Positions 25,471 to 34,629 of a stretch of 64,000 nt of DNA are shown one piece after another. Origin of the DNA: Acidimicrobiales bacterium (GTDB taxonomy: Bacteria; Actinomycetota; Acidimicrobiia; Acidimicrobiales; VFJN01); contig DASUDP010000124.1 of the NCBI GenBank assembly GCA_036275535.1, forward strand, positions 20,625 through 84,624, read 5' to 3'. The notes beneath the pieces are model-generated. The model made no database searches. It was not told where the DNA came from and saw nothing but the letters and a program-made list of their open reading frames with translations. Position 1 is the stretch's first letter, and every line of letters starts with the position of its first letter. The position numbers and the translations under genes were made by a program.

Positions 25471-26589
25471 TCAGCGGAAGGCCGAGCGGATGCGGGAGAA
25501 GAAGCCCTCGTCCTCCGGGGCCACGTCCTCGCCCCGTTCGGCCGCCAGCTGGCGCAGCAGGGACTCCTGCGCGGGGGTGAGGTCGTCGGGCACCTGCACG
25601 ATGGTGTGCACGATCAGGTCGCCGCGGGACCGCCGCTCGAGGTGGGGGACGCCCCGGCCCCGGAGGCGGAGCTCCCTGCCGGAGGGGGTGCCCCGGGGGA
25701 TGACGAGGTCCTCGGTGCCGTCGAGGGTCTCGAACTGCAGGTGCACGCCGAGCGCCGCCTGCGCGTAGGAGATGGGCAGGTCGCAGTGCAGGTCGGCCCC
25801 GACGCGCGTGAACCGGTCGTGGGGCTGGACCCGCACGTGGACGTACAGGTCGCCCGCCGGGCCGCCGCGGAGCCCGGCCGCGCCACGGCCGGTCAGGCGC
25901 AGGGTGGAGCCGCTGTCGACGCCGGCGGGGATGTCCACCGTGTAGGTGCGCTCCTCGACCCGGCGGCCCTCACCGCCGCAGTCGCCGCACGGGTCGCTCA
26001 CGACCTCGCCCTGCCCCCCACAGCGGGGGCAGGGCGAGTTGGTGACCATCTGCCCGAGGAACGACTGGCGGACCCGCTGCACCTGGCCGCTGCCGGCGCA
26101 CTCGAGGCACGTGATCGGTTCGGTGCCGGCCTTGGCGCCGGTGGCCTGGCAGGTCGTGCAGGGGACCGCGGTGCGCACCTCGACGGGCTGGCGGACGCCG
26201 AAGACCGCGTCCTCGAAGGCCAGGTCGGCCACCACCTCGAGGTCCGGGCCGCGTGGCTTGCCGGCCGGCCGGCGGCCCCCGCCACCGCCTCCGAAGGGGC
26301 TGCCGCCGCCGAAGAAGGCGTCGAAGATGTCGTTGATGCCGCCGGCCCCGAAGCCGCCCGCGCCCATGGTGCCGTTGACGCCGTCGGGCCCGAAGCGGTC
26401 GTACCGGGCCCGCTTCTCGGGATCGGACAGCACCTCGTAGGCCCGGGCCACCTCCTTGAAGCGCTCGGCCGCCGTCGGATCGGGGTTCGTGTCGGGGTGG
26501 AGCTGGCGAGCCAGGCGGCGGTAGGCCCGCTTGAGCTCGTCGGCGGAGGCATCGGGAGACACCTCGAGGAGCTGGTAGTAGTCCGCCAC
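25471..26589 (-). CDS. dnaJ: Molecular chaperone DnaJ
   Basis: GTG 26589 then ADYYQLLEV...HPD (J domain), a G/F-rich region and four CxxCxGxG zinc-finger repeats. The track ORF 25471..27639 upstream part is an out-of-frame reading of hrcA. Confidence 0.9.
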   Translation of the reverse strand: MADYYQLLEVSPDASADELKRAYRRLARQLHPDTNPDPTAAERFKEVARAYEVLSDPEKRARYDRFGPDGVNGTMGAGGFGAGGINDIFDAFFGGGSPFGGGGGGRRPAGKPRGPDLEVVADLAFEDAVFGVRQPVEVRTAVPCTTCQATGAKAGTEPITCLECAGSGQVQRVRQSFLGQMVTNSPCPRCGGQGEVVSDPCGDCGGEGRRVEERTYTVDIPAGVDSGSTLRLTGRGAAGLRGGPAGDLYVHVRVQPHDRFTRVGADLHCDLPISYAQAALGVHLQFETLDGTEDLVIPRGTPSGRELRLRGRGVPHLERRSRGDLIVHTIVQVPDDLTPAQESLLRQLAAERGEDVAPEDEGFFSRIRSAFR

Positions 26590-26603
26590 GTCGGTTCCTT
26601 CGC

Positions 26604-27626
26604 TCAGCCTTCGGTGAGTCGCCGGGAGAGACGGTTGCCGACCACGGCCACCGCGGCCATGGCCTGGGGGTAGTCCATGCGAGCCGGGCCGAGCACCCCG
26701 ATGGAGCCCGCCGTTTCGCCGTCGACCTCGTAGGGCGACACGATCAGCGCGCAGTCGGCCAGGTTCTCCATCCCCGTCTCGGTGCCGATGGCGACCTGCA
26801 GGCCGCGGTCGAGCACGTCGCGCAGCAGCGTCACGACGACGTACTGCTGCTCGAGGATGCCCAGCACCTCGCGCACGGTCTCGAGGGCGTCGAAGGCCCG
26901 CGCCATCCGTGAGGTGCCGCCGACGAAGACCTGGTCCGGCTCGTCGCCCCCATCGGCCCGCAGGGACCGGACGGCGAGCTCGCACACCGCGTCGACCACC
27001 GCATCGCCCGAGGCGGGGACGGCAGCGACGGCGGAGCGGGTCGAGCCGTTGAGGTGAGCGGCCAGGCGGGCGGTGGAGGCGGCGATGCGCTCCTCCCCCA
27101 CGCCCCCGGCCAGGGCCGGTCCCCCGTCGGTGAGGTCGAGGTGGTGCTTCTCCACCGTGCCGTTCGAGAGCACCACCACCACGAGGGCGGCGGTGGGGGC
27201 CAACCCCACGACCTGGATCGAGCGGATGGTCGTCTCGGTGACGGCCGGGCCGACGACGACGCCGGCGTAGCTGGTGAGGTCGCCCAGCAGCCTCGACGTG
27301 TCCTGCAGCATCCGCTCGAGCTCGCCATGGGCCTGCTCGAAGAACGACCGCACCTGCACGGCATCCGACCGGCGCAGCGTGGCCGGCTCGCCCAGGTTGT
27401 CGACGAAGAAGCGGTAGCCCTTCTCGGTGGGGATCCGCCCCGCGCTGGTGTGCGGCTGGCGGAGGTAGCCCTCCTGCTCGAGGGTCGCCATGTCGTTGCG
27501 GACGGTGGCCGAGGACACCTGCACGCCGGAGGACCGCACGACGTGCGCGGACCCCACCGGCTGGGCGGTGTCGATGTACTCCTCCACGACGGCCCGGAGG
27601 ATGGCGGCCTTGCGTTCGTCGAGCAT
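26604..27626 (-). CDS. hrcA: Heat-inducible transcription repressor HrcA
   Basis: MLDERKAAILRAVVEEYIDTAQPVGS winged-helix N-terminus, length 340 aa, CIRCE immediately upstream. Confidence 0.9.
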   Translation of the reverse strand: MLDERKAAILRAVVEEYIDTAQPVGSAHVVRSSGVQVSSATVRNDMATLEQEGYLRQPHTSAGRIPTEKGYRFFVDNLGEPATLRRSDAVQVRSFFEQAHGELERMLQDTSRLLGDLTSYAGVVVGPAVTETTIRSIQVVGLAPTAALVVVVLSNGTVEKHHLDLTDGGPALAGGVGEERIAASTARLAAHLNGSTRSAVAAVPASGDAVVDAVCELAVRSLRADGGDEPDQVFVGGTSRMARAFDALETVREVLGILEQQYVVVTLLRDVLDRGLQVAIGTETGMENLADCALIVSPYEVDGETAGSIGVLGPARMDYPQAMAAVAVVGNRLSRRLTEG

Positions 27627-27632
27627 GGTTCT

Positions 27633-27659
27633 CTGGCACTCGATGCTACCGAGTGCCAG
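27633..27659. promoter_or_regulatory. CIRCE operator (HrcA binding site), GC-shifted variant
   Basis: CTGGCACTC-N9-GAGTGCCAG is a perfect 9-bp inverted repeat. The canonical consensus is TTAGCACTC-N9-GAGTGCTAA. It lies 6 nt upstream of the hrcA ATG. Confidence 0.85.
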
Positions 27660-27697
27660 CCGTGCGAAGCAGCCTCGACGGGTGGCAGGCTCGCCCG

Positions 27698-28672
27698 ATG
27701 CGATTCGTGGTAGTCGGGGCCGGGGCCGTCGGCGGCGTGGTGGGTGGCCGCCTGGCCGAGCACGGCCACGACGTCGTGCTCGTCGCCCGAGGCGCCCACG
27801 GGGCCGCCATCGCCGCCGACGGGCTGCTGGTGCGCTCCCCCGACCGCGACGTGCACGTCCACCCGCCGGTCGTCGGGCGGGCGGGAGACGCCGGGCTCAC
27901 CGACGACGACGTCGTGCTGCTGGCGGTGAAGGGCCAGGACACACCGGCGGCCCTGGCCTCGTTGGCCGACGGGCCGCCCCACCTGGCCGTGGCCTGCCTC
28001 CAGAACGGCGTGGACAACGAGCGCCAGGCCCTCCGCCGCACGTCGCAGGTCTACGCCGTGCCGGTGCTGCTCCCCGCCGCCCACCTGGTCCCGGGCGTCG
28101 TCGAGGTGTCGTCCTCGCCCGTCGCCGGCGTCCTCGACGTGGGCCGCTACCCCGCCGGCGCCGACGACCGGGCCGCCGCCATCTCGGCTGCCTTCGCGGC
28201 GTCGGGCTTCAGCTCGGTGGTCAACCCGACGGTCATGCGCTTCAAGTGGTCGAAGCTGCTGCTGAACCTGGCCAACGCCCTCGAGGCGGCGTGTGGTCCC
28301 GCTGCCTACGACGGCCCCCTCTTCCCGGCCGCCCGCGCCGAGGGCCGAGCCGTGCTGGCCGCCGCCGGGATCGACGTCGCCAGCGAGGAGGAGGACACCG
28401 CCCGGCGGGGCGACCTCATCCGCATGCGACGGATCGACGGGAAGCGCCGCGACGGAGGCTCGTCGTGGCAGAGCCTCGCCCGCCACACCGGCTCCATCGA
28501 GGCCGACCAGCTGAACGGCGAGATCGTCCTGCTCGGACGGCTCCACGGGGTCCCGACGCCGGTGAACGAGCTCCTGCAGCGCACGGCCAAGGACCTGGCT
28601 CGGCGGGGGGCGGAACCGGGATCGATGTCGCCCGAGGAGCTGATCGCCCAGCTGCCCCCGGGCACCCTGTAG
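27698..28672 (+). CDS. Ketopantoate reductase (ApbA/PanE) family oxidoreductase
   Basis: MRFVVVGAGAVGGVVGGRLAEHGHDVVLVARG Rossmann motif and KWSKLLLN in the C-terminal domain. ATG 27698 was chosen inside track ORF 27653..28672. Confidence 0.7.
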   Translation: MRFVVVGAGAVGGVVGGRLAEHGHDVVLVARGAHGAAIAADGLLVRSPDRDVHVHPPVVGRAGDAGLTDDDVVLLAVKGQDTPAALASLADGPPHLAVACLQNGVDNERQALRRTSQVYAVPVLLPAAHLVPGVVEVSSSPVAGVLDVGRYPAGADDRAAAISAAFAASGFSSVVNPTVMRFKWSKLLLNLANALEAACGPAAYDGPLFPAARAEGRAVLAAAGIDVASEEEDTARRGDLIRMRRIDGKRRDGGSSWQSLARHTGSIEADQLNGEIVLLGRLHGVPTPVNELLQRTAKDLARRGAEPGSMSPEELIAQLPPGTL

Positions 28673-29719
28673 TCAGCGGCCGGGGGAGCGCACCGCATCG
28701 TAGCGCCGCAGCGACTCCTCCCGCTCCTCGGCGTGGTCGACCATCGGCGGCGGGTAGCCAGCGGGCGCCCCGGGTCCAGTCCAGGTGGAGGTCCTTCACG
28801 AGGAAGCTGGCGGTGAGCATCCGCACCCGGTTGTGCATCCAGCCCTCGGCCACCAGCTGGCGCATCCCGGCGTCGACGATCGGATAGCCGGTGCGCCCCT
28901 GGCACCAGGCGGCGAAGCGCGGTCCCGTGCCGCGCCCGTCGACCTCCATGGTGGCCATCTTGGGGTTGACAGCCCGGTGGGCCGTCTCGGGGCGGTGGTG
29001 GAGGACGTCGGCGTAGAACTCCCGCCAGCACAGCTCGTTGTGGTTTGCGGAAGGCGCGCTCGCCCCTCGTCGCGCCGAGGCGGGCCAGCAGCTGCCGGGG
29101 GTGGATGCAGCCCCACTTCAGGTAGGGCGACAGCCGGGAGGTGCGGTCGTCGCCGGGGCGATCACGATCGTCCGCGTAGCCGGCCAGGGGACCGGCGAAG
29201 AACCGGCGGGCGACGGCCTTCGCAGCCGCCTCGCCGGGCTCCGGGAGGTCCGCCTCCACGGCCGGGACGTCCGGGAGGTCGTCGCGGGGGACGCCCTCGA
29301 CCCAGCGGACCGCCCGCGGAGCCGGCTCCGGCCGGGGCCCCCCTGCGCCGCCCACGCCTCCGAGAACGGCGTGAACACCTTGTAGGGCTGACCCGTGCCG
29401 TACGGATCGTGCCCGGGGCCACCGCGTAGGGAGCACCGGCCCGTTCCAGCGCGCAGCCGTGGGCGGCGAGGCGGCGCTCGACCTCCTCGTCGCGCCCCGA
29501 GCCGTACGGCCCGAAGTCCTCGGTGACGTGCACGCTGCGGGCGCCGGCCTCGGCCGCCAGCGCCGGCACGACCTCGACGGGATCGCCGTGGCGTACGACG
29601 AGATGACCACCCATCGCGTCGTCGAGGGCGACGAGGCAGCCGGCCAGGAACGCACGGCGGTTGGGCCCGGCCGCCGCCCAGAGCCGGTCGTCGAGGCAGA
29701 AGACCGGCAGCACGCCGCC
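28673..29719 (-). pseudogene. Deoxyribodipyrimidine photolyase pseudogene (several frameshifts, internal deletion, 5' truncation)
   Basis: Photolyase segments are spread over three frames: VLPVFCLDDRLW...HVTEDFGPYG; GQPYKVFTPFSEAW; TSRLSPYLKWGCIHPRQL; ELCWREFYADVL...GRTGYPIVDAGMRQL...GWMHNRVRMLTASFLVKDLHLDW; YPPPMVDHAEEREESLRRY*. The DGD...GGWQW...PYFRIFNP core between the last two is missing. Confidence 0.75.
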
Positions 29720-29728
29720 GTCCGGACC

Positions 29729-30142
29729 GTGTTCGACCTCGGTGACGGCACGGTGCTCCGCCGCTACCGCCACGACCACGACAGCACCCCGGAGGCCGAC
29801 GCCATGCGTTTCCCGCCGAGCAGACCTACCCCGGGCCCGGGGTGATCGCGGACGACAGGAGGGGTCTCGTGATGGAGCGCATCGACGGTCCGACGATGCT
29901 GGACGACCTCGGCGGCCACCTACACCTACGTGCTGATGGCGACCTTCGAGGTCGAGTCGTCGGTCGATCGCATCGGGCAGCAGGTCATCACCCGCGCCTT
30001 CCGGCGGGCCCGCGGCCGCCGTGCCGTGGCCCGGCACCTCGTGACGGCCTGCGACCTCCGCCTGGTGGACGACGGGGTCACCGCCGGGGAGGCGGTGCGG
30101 GTCGAGGCGCTCCGCTCCCGTGCGCGGGGGAAGGTGGGCTGA
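29729..30142 (+). pseudogene. Aminoglycoside-phosphotransferase-like (APH family) kinase remnant
   Basis: Three frames carry VFDLGDGTVLRRYR...EADAM, then GLVMERIDGPTMLDDL, then a C-terminal ...CDLRLVDDGVTAGEAVRVEALR*. The catalytic HGDLHPxN/DW region is absent. Confidence 0.55.
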
Positions 30143-30144
30143 GC

Positions 30145-30423
30145 TCAGCGCGGCAGCGCGTCGACGACGCGCCCGGCGATCACCTCGACGCCTTCGTCCC
30201 GGAGCCGGCGTGACTGCTCGCGGACCTTGTGGTCGGCCAGCGTTCCGTCGGCCCGCACGACGCGCCACCAGGGCAGATCACCACCGTGGGCGGCCAGGAA
30301 CCCACCGACCGCCCGGGCGGCGCCCCGCTGGCCGGCACGACGGGCCACCTCGCCGTACGAGACGACCTCACCCGGGGCGAGATCGGCGACCACGGCCCGG
30401 AAGCGCTCCTGGAGCGGCGTCAT
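30145..30423 (-). CDS. MGMT-family DNA-binding protein, alkyltransferase-like (ATL): acceptor Cys replaced by Trp
   Basis: VVSYGEVARRAGQRGAARAVGGFL...LPWWRVVRADG. The active-site PCHRV of O6-alkylguanine transferases reads PWWRV here. Confidence 0.75.
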   Translation of the reverse strand: MTPLQERFRAVVADLAPGEVVSYGEVARRAGQRGAARAVGGFLAAHGGDLPWWRVVRADGTLADHKVREQSRRLRDEGVEVIAGRVVDALPR

Positions 30424-30432
30424 GCCGGCGGG

Positions 30433-32217
30433 TCAGTCCTCGAGCTTGAGGGCGGCGATGAACGCCTCCTGGGGGACCTCGACGCGGCCGATGTTCTTCA
30501 TCCTCTTCTTGCCCTCCTTCTGCTTCTCCAGCAGCTTGCGCTTGCGGGTGATGTCGCCGCCGTAGCACTTCGCCAGCACGTCCTTGCGCTTGGCCTTCAC
30601 CGTCTCGCGGCTGATGATCCGGCCGCCGATGGCCGCCTGGATCGGCACGTCGAACATCTGGCGCGGGATCAGCTCGCGCAGCTTCTCGGAGATGCGGCGG
30701 CCGTAGTCCTGCGCCTTGTCGCGGTGCAGGATCGTGGAGAAGGCGTCGGCCGGCACGCTGTTCAGCAGCACGTCCACCTTCACGAGGTCGGACGCCGCGT
30801 AGCCCGCCGCCTCGTAGTCGAGCGAGGCGTAGCCCTGGGTGCGGCTCTTCAGCTGGTCGAAGAAGTCACGCACCACCTCGGCCAGCGGGATCGTGTACTG
30901 GAGCTCCATCCGCTCGGGGGTGATGTACTCAAGCTTCTTCATCTCACCCCGCCGCGTCTGGCAGAGGTCCATGATCGTCCCGGCGTAGTCCTTCGGGGTG
31001 AGGATCGTGCAGGTGAGCATCGGTTCCTCGATGCGCTCGATCTCGGTGACGGGGGGCAGGTCCGACGGGTTGTGCACCTCGACCACGTCGCCGTCGGTCT
31101 TGTGCACGAGGTACGCCACCGACGGCGACGTCGCGATGAGATCGAGGTTGAACTCACGCACCAGGCGCTCCCGGATGATCTCCATGTGGAGCAGCCCGAG
31201 GAAGCCGCACCGGAAGCCGAAGCCGAGGGCGCCGGAGGTCTCGGGCTCGTAGGTGTAGCTGGCGTCGTTGAGGCCGAGCTTCTCCAGCGCGTCCCGCAGA
31301 TCCGAGAACTGGTCGCCGTCAATCGGGTAGAGGCCGCAGAAGACCATCGGCTTGGGGTCGCGGTACCCGTGCAGGGCTTCCGCGGCCGGCCGCTGCGCCT
31401 CGGTGACCGTCTCACCCGAGCGCGCCTCGCGCACGTCCTTGATGCCGGCGATCAGGTAGCCGGTCTCGCCGGGGCCGAGCTGCTCCACCGGGGTGTGGGC
31501 GGGGCGGCGGACACCCACCTCGTCGGCCTCGTGGGTGACGCCGGCCTGCATGAACCGCACCTTGGCCCCCGTGCGCAGCACGCCGTTCATCACCCGTACG
31601 GACGACACCACCCCCCGGTAGCTGTCGAAGTACGAGTCGAAGATGAGGGCCTGGAGGGGGGCGTCGCGATCACCGGTGGGCGCCGGGATGCGCTCGATGA
31701 CGGCGTCGAGGAGGTCGGGCACGCCCTCCCCCGTCTTGGCGCTGATCCGCAGGATCTCCTCGGCGGGGATCCCGAGGACGGACTCGATCTCCGAGGCGCA
31801 GCGGTCGGGGTCGGCTGCTGGCAGGTCGATCTTGTTCATGCAAGCCACGATCTCGAGGTCGTTCTCGAGGGCGAGGTAGCAGTTGGCGAGGGTCTGGGCC
31901 TCCATGCCCTGGGCGGCGTCGACGAGCAGGATGACGCCCTCGCAGGCGGCCAGTGACCGGGATACCTCGTAGCCGAAGTCGACGTGGCCGGGGGTGTCGA
32001 TGAGGTTGATGACGTGGTCGTGCCAGTCGAGGCGGACCGACTGCAGCTTGATCGTGATGCCGCGCTCGCGCTCGAGGTCCATCGAGTCGAGGTACTGCGC
32101 CCGCATGTCCCGGGGGTCGACGGCTCCGCACAGCTCGAGGATGCGATCGGCGAGCGTGCTCTTCCCGTGGTCGACGTGTGCCACGATCGACAGGTTGCGG
32201 AGGCGGTCGAGGTCCAT
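30433..32217 (-). CDS. lepA: Translation elongation factor 4 (LepA)
   Basis: [28 protein letters not shown] and the conserved LepA C-terminal domain ending ...[18 protein letters not shown]. Confidence 0.95.
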   Translation of the reverse strand: MDLDRLRNLSIVAHVDHGKSTLADRILELCGAVDPRDMRAQYLDSMDLERERGITIKLQSVRLDWHDHVINLIDTPGHVDFGYEVSRSLAACEGVILLVDAAQGMEAQTLANCYLALENDLEIVACMNKIDLPAADPDRCASEIESVLGIPAEEILRISAKTGEGVPDLLDAVIERIPAPTGDRDAPLQALIFDSYFDSYRGVVSSVRVMNGVLRTGAKVRFMQAGVTHEADEVGVRRPAHTPVEQLGPGETGYLIAGIKDVREARSGETVTEAQRPAAEALHGYRDPKPMVFCGLYPIDGDQFSDLRDALEKLGLNDASYTYEPETSGALGFGFRCGFLGLLHMEIIRERLVREFNLDLIATSPSVAYLVHKTDGDVVEVHNPSDLPPVTEIERIEEPMLTCTILTPKDYAGTIMDLCQTRRGEMKKLEYITPERMELQYTIPLAEVVRDFFDQLKSRTQGYASLDYEAAGYAASDLVKVDVLLNSVPADAFSTILHRDKAQDYGRRISEKLRELIPRQMFDVPIQAAIGGRIISRETVKAKRKDVLAKCYGGDITRKRKLLEKQKEGKKRMKNIGRVEVPQEAFIAALKLED

Positions 32218-32251
32218 AGGGGGATCCTGAACGCTACCGGGGGGCGGCGAT

Positions 32252-32281
32252 GTGACGCGAACCGGCAGGCAACGGTACGAT
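32252..32281 (+). promoter_or_regulatory. Candidate rpsT promoter (GTGACG-18 nt-TACGAT)
   Basis: The hexamers were read from the sequence about 30 nt upstream of the rpsT ATG. The -35 match is weak. Confidence 0.3.
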
Positions 32282-32312
32282 CTCCCGGTTCGATTCCGCA
32301 GTAGAGGACGTC

Positions 32313-32591
32313 ATGGCCAACATCAAGAGCCAGATCAAGCGCAACCGTCAGGCGATCAAGCGCACCGAGCGCAACAAGGCGGTGCGCAGCGAGCTGAAGA
32401 CCCGCACCAAGGCCGCCCTGGCGGCGGGTGCCGAGGGTGCTGAGAACGTCGACGCGCTGGCCCGCACGGCCCAGAAGCGCATCGACATGGCCGCCGCCAA
32501 GGGCGTGATCCACAAGAACGCGGCCGCCCGTCGCAAGTCCCGGCTGGCCAAGCGCATCAACAAGGCCGCGGCGGAGGCCAGCGCCGACTGA
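32313..32591 (+). CDS. rpsT: 30S ribosomal protein S20
   Basis: MANIKSQIKRNRQAIKRTERNKAVRSELKT..., 92 aa, GAGGA upstream. Confidence 0.95.
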   Translation: MANIKSQIKRNRQAIKRTERNKAVRSELKTRTKAALAAGAEGAENVDALARTAQKRIDMAAAKGVIHKNAAARRKSRLAKRINKAAAEASAD

Positions 32592-32614
32592 ACCGGCCCC
32601 ACCTGAGTTGACCG

Positions 32615-32650
32615 CTGCCGGGCCCCTGGGCCCGGCAGTCGTCGTTTTCC
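32615..32650 (+). terminator. Rho-independent terminator of rpsT
   Basis: CTGCCGGGCC-CCTG-GGCCCGGCAG (10-bp perfect stem) followed by TCGTCGTTTTCC. Confidence 0.75.
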
Positions 32651-32653
32651 ACG

Positions 32654-32704
32654 ACGTCTGTGGACCTCAGCGCACGCATGGCGTGCGGCCGCGTCCACAG
32701 ACGT
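32654..32704. terminator. Nested hairpin between convergent rpsT and holA (possible holA terminator)
   Basis: Outer 12-bp perfect inverted repeat ACGTCTGTGGAC (32654-32665) / GTCCACAGACGT (32693-32704). It encloses an inner CGCACGC-ATG-GCGTGCG hairpin (32671-32687). Confidence 0.45.
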
Positions 32705-32711
32705 TGGTTGG

Positions 32712-33689
32712 TCAGCGGGAGAGGGAGGCCAGGCGGGCGACGAGGACCTCGAGCACGAGGTGGTCGGGCCAGGCCTTGCCGCCCCGCAGGTCGAGGTCGG
32801 CCTCGGCCAGCAGGTCGATGGCGCGCACGATCCGGTCGTGGCCGAGGCGCCGCACCTGGCCCAGCGCCTTCTTGGCCGGGAAAGTGGAGCCCTTCATCCC
32901 GAGGAGCTCGGCCGCCCCCCGCTCCCCCGCCACGTCGGCCCCGTCGAGGCGCAGCATCCGGCTGTAGTGCGTGTGCAGGGTCGAGAGCAGCTGGAAGGGG
33001 TGCCGGCCGGCCAGCATCCGCTGCAGGAGCTGGAGGGCGACCGCCCGGTCACCCCGGTCGATGGCATCGGTCAGGTCCCAAGGAGGGACGCCCCCGTCGT
33101 CGCCGAGAAAGGGCTCGATGTCGTCGACGCCGAGCCGCGCCCCCGCCCCGAACGTGGAGCGCAGCAGCTCCAGGAGCCCGCCCAGGCGGCTCGGCTCGTC
33201 ACCGAGCCAGGCCACCAGGCGGGCCTGGCCGGCCTTGTCGACCTTGATCCCGGCCTCGGTCAGCTGGTCCGGCACCCACGCCGCCAGCTTGCCGCCGGGC
33301 GTGGTGTCCACCTGGGCCCCGCCGACGTTGGCGATCGCCTCGACGAGCGACTTGGGGACCTTGCCGCCCGCCCAGTCGAGGACGAGCAGGGTGGACGGCA
33401 GCGGGTCGGCCAGGTACGCCACCAGGGGGGCGACGAGCTCCGCCCGCTCACGCTTGTCGGTGATCCGCCCGAGGACCACCCGGTGCTCGGTCAGGAAGGG
33501 TGGGGTCTGGGCGGCGTCGACCAAGGCGACGATCGGGTCGCCGTCGTCCCCGGGCGACCCGACCTCGAGCTCCTCCACCATGAGGGACCGGTCCTCGTCA
33601 CCGACGAGGTCCTCGACGAGGGCCCGCACCGCGTCACGGCGCACGACCTCGTCGCTGCCCCGCACGAGAGTGACCGGGATCGTGCTCAT
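32712..33689 (-). CDS. holA: DNA polymerase III subunit delta
   Basis: Length 325 aa with a HolA-like pattern (PVTLVRGSDEVV..., FLTEHRVVL, C-terminal helical domain). It sits near comEC, as I recall for holA in many Gram-positive bacteria. Confidence 0.75.
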   Translation of the reverse strand: MSTIPVTLVRGSDEVVRRDAVRALVEDLVGDEDRSLMVEELEVGSPGDDGDPIVALVDAAQTPPFLTEHRVVLGRITDKRERAELVAPLVAYLADPLPSTLLVLDWAGGKVPKSLVEAIANVGGAQVDTTPGGKLAAWVPDQLTEAGIKVDKAGQARLVAWLGDEPSRLGGLLELLRSTFGAGARLGVDDIEPFLGDDGGVPPWDLTDAIDRGDRAVALQLLQRMLAGRHPFQLLSTLHTHYSRMLRLDGADVAGERGAAELLGMKGSTFPAKKALGQVRRLGHDRIVRAIDLLAEADLDLRGGKAWPDHLVLEVLVARLASLSR

Positions 33690-34579
33690 CGGCCCCGCTG
33701 CTCGCCCCGCGCCTGGAGGATGGCCGCCATGACGTCGACCGTCCGCCGGGCGCCTCGGACGTCGTGGGCCCGCAGCACGCGGCTGCCCAGCGCGATCCCG
33801 AGCGCATGGGCGGCGTGCGACGCCTCGCGCCGGTCGTCGACGGCCGTTCCCACGAGGTCCCCCAGGAAGCGCTTGTTCGACGCCGAGAGGAACAGTGGCC
33901 AGCCGAGGACGGCCAGGCGGTCGTGGGAGCGCAGCAGCTCGAGCGACTGGGGCTCGGACTTCCCGAGGTCGAGCCCGGCGTCGACCATCACTCGCTCCCG
34001 GGGGATCCCGGCCTCCTCCGCCCGCTCGGCCCGATCGCGCAGGAACCGGGCGACGGCGTCGACGACGGGCTCGTCGTAGACGGGGTCCGGGTCGGGGATG
34101 CGGGGCCCGAGGCGGATGTGGGTGGCGACGACCGACGCCCCGGCGGCGGCGGCCACCTCGAGGTAGGCGGGGTCGGCGAAGCCGCTGATGTCGTTGGCCA
34201 CCACCGCCCCTGCCGCCAGCGACTCCCGCAGCACCGACGCCCGCCAGGTGTCCACCGAGATCGGCACATCGAACCGGGCGGCGAGCGCTTCGACCGCGGG
34301 GACGACGCGCTCGAGCTCCTCCGCCTCACCGACCTCGGGACCGGGCCCCGCCTTCACGCCACCGACGTCGAGGAAGTCGGCTCCCTCGCTCACCAGCTGG
34401 TCGGCCTTGGCCAGGAAGGCGTCGAAGTCGTAGTAGGCGCCCTGGTCGAAGAAGGAGTCGGGCGTCCGGTTCAGGATGCCCATGACGAGCGCTCGGTAGC
34501 GGATGTCGAAGCGATGCGGGCCGAGGTGCAGGTCGGGGCACGGGACCTCGAACACCACCCGCCACGGCATCGCAGACAT
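33686..34579 (-). CDS. folP: Dihydropteroate synthase family protein (FolP/FolP2-like)
   Basis: LVMGILNRTPDSFFDQG, GADFLDVGGVKAGPG, ISVDT and a C-terminal VLRAHDV motif. Whether it is the catalytic FolP or a FolP2-type paralogue cannot be decided here. Confidence 0.75.
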   Translation of the reverse strand: MSAMPWRVVFEVPCPDLHLGPHRFDIRYRALVMGILNRTPDSFFDQGAYYDFDAFLAKADQLVSEGADFLDVGGVKAGPGPEVGEAEELERVVPAVEALAARFDVPISVDTWRASVLRESLAAGAVVANDISGFADPAYLEVAAAAGASVVATHIRLGPRIPDPDPVYDEPVVDAVARFLRDRAERAEEAGIPRERVMVDAGLDLGKSEPQSLELLRSHDRLAVLGWPLFLSASNKRFLGDLVGTAVDDRREASHAAHALGIALGSRVLRAHDVRGARRTVDVMAAILQARGEQRGR

Positions 34580-34629
34580 GGCGGCGAACCTACCGCCTGC
34601 ACCGGGGCCCTCCGCCCGGGCCGGCCCCC

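Noticed and set aside
29459-29845. 128-aa plus-strand ORF overlapping the photolyase N-terminal domain, as a real gene.
   Set aside because: Most of it is antisense to clear photolyase sequence. Only its last about 40 codons (VFDLGDGTVLRRYR...) carry a protein-family signal, and those are assigned to the APH-like remnant.
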